DNA of 64,000 nucleotides from Mytilus trossulus (Eukaryota): NCBI RefSeq assembly GCF_036588685.1, contig NC_086384.1, positions 33,542,001 to 33,606,000 of the forward strand, read 5' to 3'. Shown piece by piece: positions 51,290 to 62,490 of this stretch (position 1 is its first letter; each line of letters starts with the position of its first letter). The notes under the pieces were generated by a model. It saw only the letters and a program-made list of their open reading frames with translations, ran no database searches and was not told where the DNA came from. The position numbers and the translations under genes were made by a program.

Positions 51290-53565
51290 AAAAGCTATTT
51301 ATGTACAAAAGAGGAAATAATTTGATAGTGAGGTTCAAAATAGTAAGACGAAGTATTGGTATGACATGCAAGAGCAAGTTCTCTCTGTATCTAGCAAAAT
51401 TCAGCATATGTTTTGGAAAAAGATTGGTAAACTAGGTATTGCAGAAAGTCGTAAACATGTAATTCCTATGGAAGTAATCAATGATGACGGTAATGTAAGT
51501 TCTGAATTAACAGGTGTTCTTGACAAATGGAAATCTGAATATTCAGAATTGCTTAATCAGCAAAACAGTTCGACTAGGGTTTCTGATTCTTGTACTAGCA
51601 TAAATGAAGCGAGTACTTTTAATGATTTTTAATTGCCGGAACCCGTTTCGTTTCAGGAAACAGTACATGTTATTGAAAGACAAAAAGTGGTAAATCTGCT
51701 GGCATCGATAACCTACCGGGGGAGGTTTTTCTAAACCTAAGTTCAGCTCTATTTCTATACCATTTATTTGATATTTGTTTTAGATATGGTAATGTTCCCG
51801 ATTTATGAAATATAATTATTATGAATCCTATCCCTAAATCTAACATGTCAGACGCGAGAGACCCCCTTTGTTATAGAGGGATCGCCCTGGCAGCAGTGTC
51901 TTACAAATTGTACTGTAATATACTGAGCGATAGAGTAGCTCAATGGGTAGATGATAACAATGTACTGTCTAACGAGCAGAGTGCTTTACGGCAACAACAT
52001 AGTACAATTGACCAATTGTCTAGTCTTACTAATTTGATTGATGTAAGAAAAAACTTCGTAAATCAACCTTTTGCGCCTTTATAGATTTTAAAAAGGCTTA
52101 CGGCACTTTACAAAGGGATATTTTATGGTATAAATTATAGAATGGGAGTTGCACAGACATAATTATGTTCTGCTATTCAGTCAATTTATACACATCTGTT
52201 ATGTTCTGTAAGAATAAACGGTTGTTTCACAGATTGGTTTGATGTTAACTGTGGCTTGAAACAAGGTTTGCCCGTTTGAATGATTTTACACTAGTAATTT
52301 TGGGGCCCTTTATAGCTTGTTGTTCGGTGTGAGCCAAGGCTCCGTGTTGAAGGCCGTACTTTAACCTATAATGGTTTAATTTTTAAATTGTTATTTGGAT
52401 GGAGAGTTGTCTCATTGGCACTCACACCACATCTTCCTATATCTATGTCCCATGTCGCCCATTTTGTTCAACTTATATATTAATGATTTAGTTACATTTC
52501 TTAAGTCCTTTGACTGCGAAATAGAAATAGGTGATGAAAAACTGTGTATTTTATTATATGCTGATGACGTTGTTATTATAGCAAACGATGAAAAAGAGCT
52601 ACAATTTCTGTTAAATGCTTTATCTACATTTTGTACATGGTGTAATTGAAAGACAATTGTATGACAGTTAATGCAAACAAGAGTAACGTTACATACATTT
52701 TAGACCGCCATCTTTACCTAGATCTGATGTAATTTTTAATTGTAAGGGTCGCACTATTAAGTTTTCTTGTAGTTATACTTATCATGGTGTCGTTTGAAAC
52801 GAGCATTTTGACTATAATATTACTGCAAAAGCCGTTGCATCTTCGGCAAAGGGAACTTTAGGGTTTGTAATAGCCAAGTGTAAACTTTTAGGTGGTGTTT
52901 GTTTCTATGTATTTGTAAAATTATACGAAAGTTTGGTTTGTCCTATAATCGAATATGGAGCAGGTACAATGCATATGGGGTGTAAAAACATATTCTTGTA
53001 TTAACTCCATACATAATAGGGCTTGTAGATTTTTTCTCGGAGTTGGAAAATATGCACCAAATGCTGCAGTTACTGGAGACTTAGGTATAACACCTATTTT
53101 TGATAAGCAGTGGAAAAGTATTATTCGTTTGTGGTGTAGTTCACAAGAGTGCTGATAGTATGAGTATTAAGCATAAGTGTGTTAAAAACTAGATTTTTTT
53201 AGTAAAGAAAACCTTCTGTGGACTAAATTTAAGTCATTTATCATGTCCTGAAAATATGGACACTAACTATGTTGTAAATTTTTTTATGTCAAAATTATAC
53301 GAAAAGCATGTCGATAATTGGCATGATGTTTTACATTCTGATAAATCTATGCCAAAACATGTCATTTGATTTTAAAAAGGCGTAGAAAATTTATATATAT
53401 TGTAAATAGTATTTTATTCCATATTGTGTATTATATCTATGCATTTAAATAGTCTCTTATAATTCTATATAGAATGGCTCTATTTATTTAGTGGTATTTT
53501 ACAATGTATATACTAGATTGATTGTACTTGTTGAGTGATGAGACTTTAATAAAACATTGAATTGT
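51290..53565 (+). mobile_element. Decayed non-LTR retrotransposon (LINE) RT with many stops and frameshifts
   Basis: Fragments KSAGIDNLPGE, PIPK...DPLCYRGIAL, FIDFKKAY, GLKQG/CPMSPILFNLYINDL, ILLYADD, IEYGA and ACRFFLGV. AATAAA at ~53548. Confidence 0.9.
52269..52446 (+). mobile_element. Young family B insertion interrupting the LINE QG motif
   Basis: Removing it restores GGC TTG AAA CAA GGT TGT CCC ATG TCG CCC (GLKQGCPMSP). Confidence 0.9.
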
Positions 53566-54254
53566 AACTAGATCAGAGGTAGTAAAGAAAACAATTCCAA
53601 AGAAATCTATTGATATGTAGTACATTTTAGCAAAAAATCACACTTTTGAAATAAAGGTACTAAGCAAATTCGATCGGACGTTATTTCGATGTAAACATTG
53701 AATGTGAATAAATCCAGAAAACCGCAAATGCAAGTACAAAAATCGAGACGACGATGTCTACTTTATAACTAAAGAATATTTATCTTTATTTTTTAACCTG
53801 CTCAATTAACCTTTTACATTGTTATTTTCATTTTAAATTAAAGAATCTGACGAATAGTTTGAATAATGTATTCGATTTAAAGATATTCATTGCTACATGT
53901 AACAGTGTTTGTTTAGATTTATATTTTGATTTTTTGTCTATTGATACCAAAAACTGCAATCAATATCAATGCCGTTAAAACAATATTAAAAAATGAAACA
54001 AACTACAGAGATAACTTGGTAAATCTTTAAGATAAGTTTTTTGAAAGGATCGATAGATTCTGTAAACAACATTACCGTAAAAAAATAGGATGTGCTGTCC
54101 CGTTTGTCCAAGTACTACAATTCAGAGTCTGAATTTGAATAGAATCAATCTTTTTTTTTTTTTTAGAAATTTTCTTATTTACATTGTAAATTGGTTCAAG
54201 CTTCTCTCTAGTAAAAATTGCAGTTAACCAAATGAGTTAAAAAAAAACTTGCAT

Positions 54255-54348
54255 ATTTTCAAGTTTTCTGGATAATGGAAATTTGTTAAATTTGTGAAAA
54301 TTTCAAGTTTTCTGGAAAATGGAATTTTGTGAAATTTTCAAGTTTTCT
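54255..54348. repeat. Short tandem repeat (tttcaagttttctgga-aatggaa-tttg), ~2.5 copies
   Basis: Direct repeats at ~54257, 54301 and 54335. Confidence 0.7.
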
Positions 54349-54362
54349 CGTGTGTTTTGTCT

Positions 54363-55392
54363 GAAAGAGGGACGAAAGATACCAAAGGGACAGTCAAACT
54401 CGTAAATCTAAAACAAACTGACAACGCCATGGCTAAAAATGAAAAAGACAAACAGAAAAACAATAGTACACATGACACAACATAGAAAACTAAAGAATAA
54501 ACAACACGACCCCCACCAAAAACTAGGGCTCTGGAAGGGTAAGCAGATCCTGCTCCACATGCGGCATCCGTCGTGTTGCTTATGTGATTACAAATACGGT
54601 AAATAGTCTAATTCGGTAGGTCAAATTCATAAAAGGGAAGGGGATTGTAGTTACGATGTAAGGAACATATCCGATATCATTTGTGAAACGGTTATGCCAT
54701 AACGGGCAACCAACTCGTGATGGCGTCCGTAAAATTTACGAAGGGATGATTTTAACTTCACCATTTGGAACTCTTGGTTTAATAACTTCCTTGTGAGCAG
54801 TAATCCTCTATCAAGAAAATCATGATAGGAAATGCAAGAACGGGAATATCGTATCAATTGGGAGATATATACCCCGTATGCAGGTGCTGCTGGAATGTTG
54901 CTACTTAGAAATGGAAAGTTCACAATTGGAAAGCTGAAATCATCTCTTTTGTCGTAAAGTTTTGTCTTCAACCGACCCTCATTGACAATTTCTAGATGTC
55001 AGTCAAGATATGAAGCCGACTTAACTGTATCTGTAGTATCCTTTATCTCCGATTCGATGGGATAGATGCGATCCACATAGTCACCAAATTTTGAATTGTT
55101 TAGTGAAAGAACATCATCTATATAGCGGAACGTAGAGATAAAGGATATCGCTAACTTCTTATCTTTCTTCCTAAGAAGTTCCTGCATGAAGTCAGCCTCT
55201 TAATAATAAAGAAACAAGTCAGCAAGTAGAGGGGCACAGTTTGTTCCCATTGGGATGCCGACAGTCTGTTGAAAAACACGTCCTCCGAACGTAACAAATA
55301 TGTTGTCAATCAAGAAATCAAGCATCTTGATAATATCGGTTTCAGAGAATTTTTTGTTTGAATCAGAATGATTCTTTACAAAGTAGGATTTG
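54363..55392 (-). mobile_element. 5'-truncated Penelope-like retroelement (RT at ORF C-terminus, Naiad-like), two in-frame stops
   Basis: One frame reads FQQTVGIPMGTNCAPLLADLFL...FRYIDDVLS...SASYLD...KLYDKRDDFSFPIVNFPFLSSNIP, ending at 54651 with no downstream GIY-YIG. Its 3' end recurs at ~15835, 42700, 43835, 56262-56393 and 61335-61452. Confidence 0.85.
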
Positions 55393-57704
55393 TATGAAAA
55401 GTGCAAATGTGTATAGCATAGTTAGCAATATAGTCAATTTTGTTTGTAGACAACTTTACTAAAATAAACAGAACATAAACATAAACATATTGAGGTTAAG
55501 TGGTACAAGATAAGTTCTTGCACCATTTGAGACAAACCTGACAAGTGTAATCGTTTGTTTGTCAACAATAAGACGGTGTTCACACCAAACGCCGTGTACA
55601 GTAGACATGTTTACATTAATTTTGGTTTAATGTAATGTACACTAGTTTCACATTAAATTTGTTCACATCTATACACCTTGTTTAGCTACCTGTACATAAA
55701 ATTTGTTCACACTTGTAAACTTTATGTCATTAAAATGTTCATCACGTAGAACCGAATTCAAATTTTCGAACAATTTTTCTAGCAGTTAGGGATTAATGCT
55801 CTGTAACTGTTGTTTTTGTTTTTGTTTATACTTCTTTTCGTGTTTTTTTTAATTTAATTTTTTTTTTTTGGTGTGTGTCGACTTCTTTTTATTGGTCATT
55901 TCGTCCGATATCGTATTCGAACTTCGTTATTAAATCAATTTACCTTCTAGTTGTTTCTTACTATTTATTTTTTGTTACAAACAGTTATCCATGTCTAAAG
56001 GGTCAAATTACGGGAAATGCAATATGAATAATAGTGTTTTTGTAATTATAACGATTTTGAAATACAAATGTATGTACAATGTAAATATGCTTGGCTTAAC
56101 AAAGTAACAGCAATATCTTCATATTAAGCTTACCCGTGTAAGATTTTTTAATTTTTGAAAGAGCTTCATGAGCGTTTTGTTCATGAATGTGCATTTTGTT
56201 TGTTGTATTTCCATTAGTTAGTTTAAACATATTATATTGTCCAAAACATTGATAATAGGATGTTTATATGTTGTGTCATGTGTACTATTGGTTTTTTTTT
56301 CTGTTTGTCTTTTTCAGTTTTAGCAATGGCGTTGTCAGTTTGTTTAAGATTTATGAGTTTGACTGTCCCTTTGGTATCTTTCGTCCCTCTTCTATATCAG
56401 AATAAGGGCCTTGTAAATTTGCCTTTAGACTTAAAATCAAAAGTGTTAATTTTTTTTTGCTTCATATCCATATCAAGCAATTTGTTAAAATATATTGATG
56501 ACTGATTTCTTTGAACTGAATGCCTGAATAAACGGCAAATTTAATTGAGCATTCTCCAGTGACGTACATCGAATACAGCAAAAAAAATAATTAAATGAGG
56601 GTTGATACACGATTAATTTATTTTCATTACAACATTTTAAATCAATGGTATACATTGTACGTGCTACATGTACATATGTATACATGAAAACTACTCTCCT
56701 AATCAATAAGTTATTGCTACATCTAGAAGGAAATTTTAAGGTGACATTCCATTTATTTTTTAATTTCATCAACAATGTTTCCGCGTCTTATTATTAATTG
56801 CCATATGACTTTTTTATTTATATTTTTATGTAAACATTAAAATAGTCAAATAAAAAAAAATCCGTAGTTTTTAAAGTTTTTCAAGGTCATGCCTAACTGC
56901 GTAGTATAGCTTATGAGACAACCTTTAGTGATAAATTACAATACAAAACAAAATACAGATACAAGACGATACGTTTTATGTCTTTTTTTTACTAAAGCAT
57001 CTTTGAAGTTGTATTCTAATTGTAAACATGCCTTTTGGATAATCTGCTTTGTTGACATGATGGTCACAGTTTTTTTATTTGGCATGTTATATATTTCCAA
57101 TATGATGCATTTTCCACAAAATTGCACAAAGTGGTTATAAATACTTGCTAAAGAATGGTTTGTAGAAGAAAAAAACACGTTTTTAGTTAGGAACAAAGAC
57201 CGTAGTTATATTTTTTTGATATTTTTCATATAATCTAAACTTTAAATCTACAAGCAATGGGAGCTTGTTTGTGAAAGCTTAAAAGCCAAAGTATTTGTTC
57301 AGTATCCAGTAGAACACTCTTTCAGGTTTTTTTCCGAATCCATCCGACATTCCCATATTTTGTTCAAGTCAAACCCTATTTCAAAGCCTATAGATAATTG
57401 GTGTATCAATTGTTGCACTGATTCACGTTCTGAGTATGCATAAGATAGCAACTGCTGCAAGTATATATTTGTATTCAGAACAGAACATCTTCACTTTTCA
57501 GCGACCGTCAACATTTCTCGTCCTTCGTCCCTATTAACCCATATTGCAAACTTTACCAAAAATAGTAGTATTAATTGATTCTTCGGTTCTGGTTCTAAAT
57601 ATGAATGAAATATTAGCCACTGGACATTAAGCAAGTGTAAGTAAATTTGATACTTTGGCGTCTGTGTCTCTTGATATTCAATTTCATTTTATACGATATA
57701 TGGT

Positions 57705-58256
57705 TTTATTGCTATTTTGTGCATTTTTCCTTAGATCTTTTTTTGTGATAATTTTCATATCATGTCTTTCGCTTGATATGGGAAAATTATCGCTAGAAAC
57801 TAAGGAGGCCACGTTACGTTGCTAACGATATTGACATTGAAATTGACAACGTCGTCATAGGTAAAATAGCGATAAACAGATTATCATAGGTCATCTCAAC
57901 TCGATTGCTTTTCTCACTTTCGCTGTACCAGCTCAAGCGAGAAAATCCATCTCGTTGAGATAATCAACAATAATCTATAATTATCGCTATTTTGTACATT
58001 TTTCCTTTTATCTTTATTTGTGATAATTTTCATATCATGCTTCTCGCTTGATATGGAAAAATTATCGCTAGAAACCAAGAAGGCCACGTGGCGTTCTTAC
58101 GAAATTGACATTGAAATTGACAACGTCGTCATAGGTAAAATACCGATAAACAGATTTTCATTGGTCATCTCAACTCGCTTGCTTTTCTCACTTTCGCTGT
58201 ACCAGCTCAATCGAGAAAAACCAATCTCGTTGAGATAATCAACGATAATCTATAAA
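57705..58256. repeat. Head-to-tail dimer (~276-bp unit) of a foldback element, each unit ending in a ~115-bp imperfect palindrome
   Basis: Units at ~57705 and ~57981. Internal pairs agattat/ataatct, atctcaac/gttgagat, ttttctc/gagaaaa and gctg/cagc. Confidence 0.85.
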
Positions 58257-58324
58257 TAATCGCGTTTTTTTAAAATGCTAAATAAAATACTAGTATTCAC
58301 TGAAACGACTGGAGGCCTAAATGT

Positions 58325-58575
58325 TTGAACGACAGACACGCGTCTCGTCTAGAAAAGATTCATCAGTGACGCTTTAATCAAACAATAAAAAAGTAAAAAA
58401 AAGTAAAATTTTACACATCAAACTGATAAAATATTTGCCAAATACCGGTAAGGTTATTTATTTCTTAGGTAGAAAATGTTTCCAATTTCGTAAGTTTCGA
58501 AGTTTTATATTGTAAAGAGAAAATCTATAAGTACATGACCTTATCAACTGATAAATCATGTAAACACAGAAGTAC
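58325..58575 (-). mobile_element. Partial hammerhead-bearing repeat (degenerate ribozyme 58329-58372)
   Basis: The - strand reads gcgtca ctgatga atct tttct agac gagac gcgt gtc tgtcgt. Confidence 0.7.
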
Positions 58576-58868
58576 CAAAGATAATGATACAGGACGTTAA
58601 GATGTAAATGGGAAAATACTGGGAAGTTAACATAACAGTGTATCTACAAATGTATTTTAAACGTGTATTCGTCAATAGATAAAAGATTAATGTTTTTATT
58701 GAATATGTTTATTGTTCCGAAGCGTCTATTAAATTTCAACCTAAGTAATATAAATAAGAACGCATACGGAAGAGGGAAGTATTAAAATCATAAATATTTA
58801 CAACTTAAAAGTATAAGTTTTTTAACAAAAAGAATACTTCTTGAATTGCGTCCACAGAAATAGCCACA

Positions 58869-59897
58869 ATGAACAAGACGGGAAAACAGTGTTTTAAATG
58901 GCTTGATGTCGACAATTCTACAACACTTGAAGACTTGAACAACCAGTTCACAGAGCGGCATATTGGAGGAATAGTTTTTACAACAATTTTAATGATAATT
59001 GGTGTATTCGGCAACTTTGTTGTTCTTTGGATTTACGTTCATAGATTCAAAGTATCGAATTATAGGACGTACACACTATGGCTGGCCGTAATGGACATTG
59101 CAAACTCGTGCATTGGAATGCCTTTCCTCATTTACTACATGAGCCATTACTTAATCTTTCCGTCATATGGATTGTGTAAATTCGGTCGGTTTATAAATGT
59201 CTTTACAACGAATTGTTCCGCCTATATTTTAATGGTGATAGCATTCGATAGATACAGAAAAGTATGCAGGCCTTTAAAATGGCAACTTTCCTACAAAAAT
59301 ACAAAAGTATGTTGTATTATCGCCACCATTTTAGGACTGTTGACGTCATGGCCATGCTTGGTTTTATACGGGGTTTACACAGTCGATACGGCGATTCCTG
59401 GGGTCAAAGGAATTCGATGCTGGACAGATGACGCATACAAAAACACTGTTTACCCAAGTGTTTATTATATCCTACTGTACGTCCTCAATTTTTTAGTTAT
59501 TCCTGTTTTGTTTGGCGTCTACGCACAGATTTTACGGTTTCTTCATAGACACGGAAAAACTGGCGTCAACGTCAAAACCAAGAAAACAACGGTCACACTT
59601 TTAGCTGTGTCTGCAGCGTTCCTATTGAGTGCTATTCCACATTACAGCATGGTTGTTACAACTCGCATTCAGAAGGACTTTAACTGTAAAATGACATTTT
59701 CAGAAGGATTTGCCTATTATACATTTGTATTCTCAATTTTGTTGAATAATGCGGTCAATCCTTTCATATATGGATTTTTGGACACGAAATTCAGGCGGGA
59801 AATGAAAATCGTGTTTAACAGATTGCGCAATAAGAAAGCTGACGATGAAACTAGAGGTACCAAATCAATAGAGTCTGATTCGGCTGTTACTCATTAA
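58869..59897 (+). CDS. Class A GPCR, intronless; paralog 3, 342 aa
   Basis: 7TM with FDRY and NPFIY; colinear with paralogs 1 and 2, with a shorter C-tail. Confidence 0.95.
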   Translation: MNKTGKQCFKWLDVDNSTTLEDLNNQFTERHIGGIVFTTILMIIGVFGNFVVLWIYVHRFKVSNYRTYTLWLAVMDIANSCIGMPFLIYYMSHYLIFPSYGLCKFGRFINVFTTNCSAYILMVIAFDRYRKVCRPLKWQLSYKNTKVCCIIATILGLLTSWPCLVLYGVYTVDTAIPGVKGIRCWTDDAYKNTVYPSVYYILLYVLNFLVIPVLFGVYAQILRFLHRHGKTGVNVKTKKTTVTLLAVSAAFLLSAIPHYSMVVTTRIQKDFNCKMTFSEGFAYYTFVFSILLNNAVNPFIYGFLDTKFRREMKIVFNRLRNKKADDETRGTKSIESDSAVTH

Positions 59898-60697
59898 AAA
59901 GATTCAACGAATTTGATTAATACGAGATTATTAAAATGAAAGCTTGTGTTCTTAGTTGTATAAAGAAGCTTAAATGTTAATTTTCATGCTTTAGACTATT
60001 CAGATTTTACACTGGAACATGCAACATTTACTTTTAAAACAATGTGAAATTCGCTGTTAACAGCAAGCACAAAAATGAACTACAAAATTTCAGATGATAC
60101 ATCGACATTTTTTATTAAACGCAATTTTTTTACATTATATAAATTGTAAAATAAAAGTGCTGCCGTAATAACCACTATCGGATATTCAAGGCCAAACGCA
60201 AAAATACTACTACATAAAACTCATATACAATTATTTAAACCATTAAACACGATTAAAAAATTATAACCGAAATATTGTGAATTTATAGGTTTTAATTTTT
60301 TCAAGTATGTATGAATAAACTATGCACTTGGCTAATTCAACATCATATTGATGCATTGCTTATTTCGAATGCTGTATGTCGAAGATGCCATATCAAATTA
60401 TAATCATGTGTTTGTATACAACGAAGAAGTAATTCAATCTAATAATAAAAAAAAATACATATACTTGAATATATTTAGAAAGTCAGTAAAATGTTTAATT
60501 CGAAACGCTATATTGTTTTATCTTTATTGTAACAAGTGTAGTTATTTTTCAGTTAAAAATGATGCCAGCAAGGGTGTTTGCTGATGTTTAAGCAATATGC
60601 ACATCCGAAATTGATCACATGAATAGCATATTTACAAAGCCTGAATAAAGTTTATATAATTTACAGCATCTCTCATGTGGCAAACATAGGCATTGCA

Positions 60698-61029
60698 TTA
60701 TCCGTTGAGGTCTTTCTTTTTTATAACAGTATCTTCTCTTGATTCTTGCTTCGAAATGATATCAAAATCTTTAAGGTCTGGTTTAGAAAATGCATCTTCT
60801 AAGCGTGACTCATTTGCAACAACTTCATCTTTGAAAATCTGTTTAGATACAGACCCTTTAAAATCCAAAGAACTTCCTTTTTCTTCATAAAGCTTGCAAA
60901 ATGAAGTACCGTGGCCAGCCATATCTCTCGACAAAAAATATTTACTCTTGCCAACTTTTATAAACGTCCTTTTATCTGCATGCTTATATTTTTTACTTGA
61001 TTCTTTTTTTATCTTGTCAAAGTTTTCAC
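60698..61029 (-). CDS. Terminal coding exon of a small Lys-rich protein resembling bacterial polymorphic-toxin RNase domains (Ntox21-like)
   Basis: Acceptor gtttcatctttag|GT at 61030/61029, then an open frame ENFDKIKKESSKKYKHADKRTFIKVGKSKYFLSRDMAGHGTSFCKLYEEKGSSLDFKGSV...IISKQESREDTVIKKKDLNG-stop. AATAAA on the - strand at ~60523-60528. Confidence 0.6.
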
Positions 61030-61651
61030 CTAAAGATGAAACATTTATTTTAAACAGATAATAATGTCAACAGTATAAAGATAACAGTAACCATGCATTT
61101 TGAAAATCATATAATTGCTTGTGTTATGTTTTGCCTGTAATTAACTTGAAAATGTTAAACTTGATATTGACATTGACTCCGATACTCTTTACTCAGATTT
61201 TGTGTCTTTGGCACATTCCCTATTCCAGGCTTATAATTTAAGACGTATAGCTTTCGTCTACTCTTATATTAAGTAAACTCACGACAGGCGTTCAAATTAA
61301 CACAATTGGAATGCCAAACAAAATAGTTTTCGATATTGTGTGTGGTGTACTATTAGTTGTCTGTTTCTCTATCTCTATTTTATCCATGGCATTGACAGTT
61401 TATTTTCGATCTATGAGTTTGAATGTCCTTCTGGTATCTTCCGTCCCTCTTTGATACTTACTTGACATATTCAGTTTTGTTCTTCTTTGAGTTCAAAAAC
61501 CTAACAAAATAAAATCAAAACATTTACAACCTGCAAAAGTTTATTTGCAAAGATAACAAAACAGTTAGAATGTGAATATTGAGGCGTATTTAGTTCTGAT
61601 AATTGGTTCAAAGTATAACACGTTATGATACCATAAATAGCCTCACTTTGG

Positions 61652-62046
61652 AGTCCTGGTATCTATGATGAGTTTATTTACTACCACTGGGTCGATGCCC
61701 CTGCTGGTGGAGATTTATTTCCCCGAGGGTATCACCAGCCCAGTAGTCAGCATTTTTATGCTGACATGAATTATCATTGATATTGTTATATTTATAAATT
61801 AACTGTTAACAAAATTTGGAATTTTTGAAATACTACAGGCTTTTCTACCTCAGGCATGGATTACCTTAGCTGTATTTGGCAAACGTTTTAGGAAATTTGG
61901 TCCTCAATGCTCTTCAAATTCGTACTTCATTTGGCATTTTTACCTTTTTGGGGATTCGAGCGTCAATGATGAGTGTTTTGTAGACGAAACGCGCGTCTAG
62001 CGTATATAGAACATTTAGTCCTGGTATCTATGATGAGTTTATTTAC
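61652..62046 (+). mobile_element. Full monomer of hammerhead-bearing repeat (retrozyme-like, 365-bp period, 30-nt terminal direct repeat)
   Basis: AGTCCTGGTATCTATGATGAGTTTATTTAC at 61652 and 62017. Hammerhead at 61960-62003 with AUGAUGA in place of CUGAUGA. Confidence 0.8.
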
Positions 62047-62477
62047 CAAGGTTTTTAGAATATCAAAATATTGGTCAATCCTAGATAACTCGTTGAATGT
62101 GACAGCATTAAAGTTATGTCGTAAAAAAAAGATGTTTCATATTATATCCTTACATTTAACAAATCAAAGTAAAACACACCCAACTGAAAAAATCGAATTT
62201 ATACCATGAAAAGACGAAACCAAGTGCGTTGGCAGGGTCTAAATACACAATTTATCCAAAAGATCATATACATTATCGGCACTTGAACATGATGCAATGG
62301 GATGCTAAAACAACATTTGTCGATAAAACCTGATATGTGATATTCATTTGATGATGGAAACCATGCATGTTGTTCATAGTTGGATTAAATTATGAACAAT
62401 ACTTGGTTATGTAAAGACATCAGCCTTGCCAAGGGTTTTATAATCATATTTTCTTAAAAATGAGCAAGTACTTACAC

Positions 62478-62490
62478 CTTCTAGTGACAT
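62478..62490 (-). CDS. Tentative first coding segment (MSLE-G) of the toxin-like gene
   Basis: Candidate exon begins after tttttcttattgacag (62589). ATG TCA CTA GAA G|gtgtaagt is phase 1 and matches the 61029 acceptor, but a competing gtaagt donor 2 nt downstream would be out of frame. Confidence 0.3.

Noticed and set aside
54999-55001. In-frame TGA in the Penelope-like RT as a selenocysteine codon (some Naiads encode selenoproteins)
   Set aside because: It sits where Leu is expected (YLD-L-HL), the sister copies at ~43388 and ~44138 have TAA there, and this copy has another in-frame TAA at 55200. It is simple decay.
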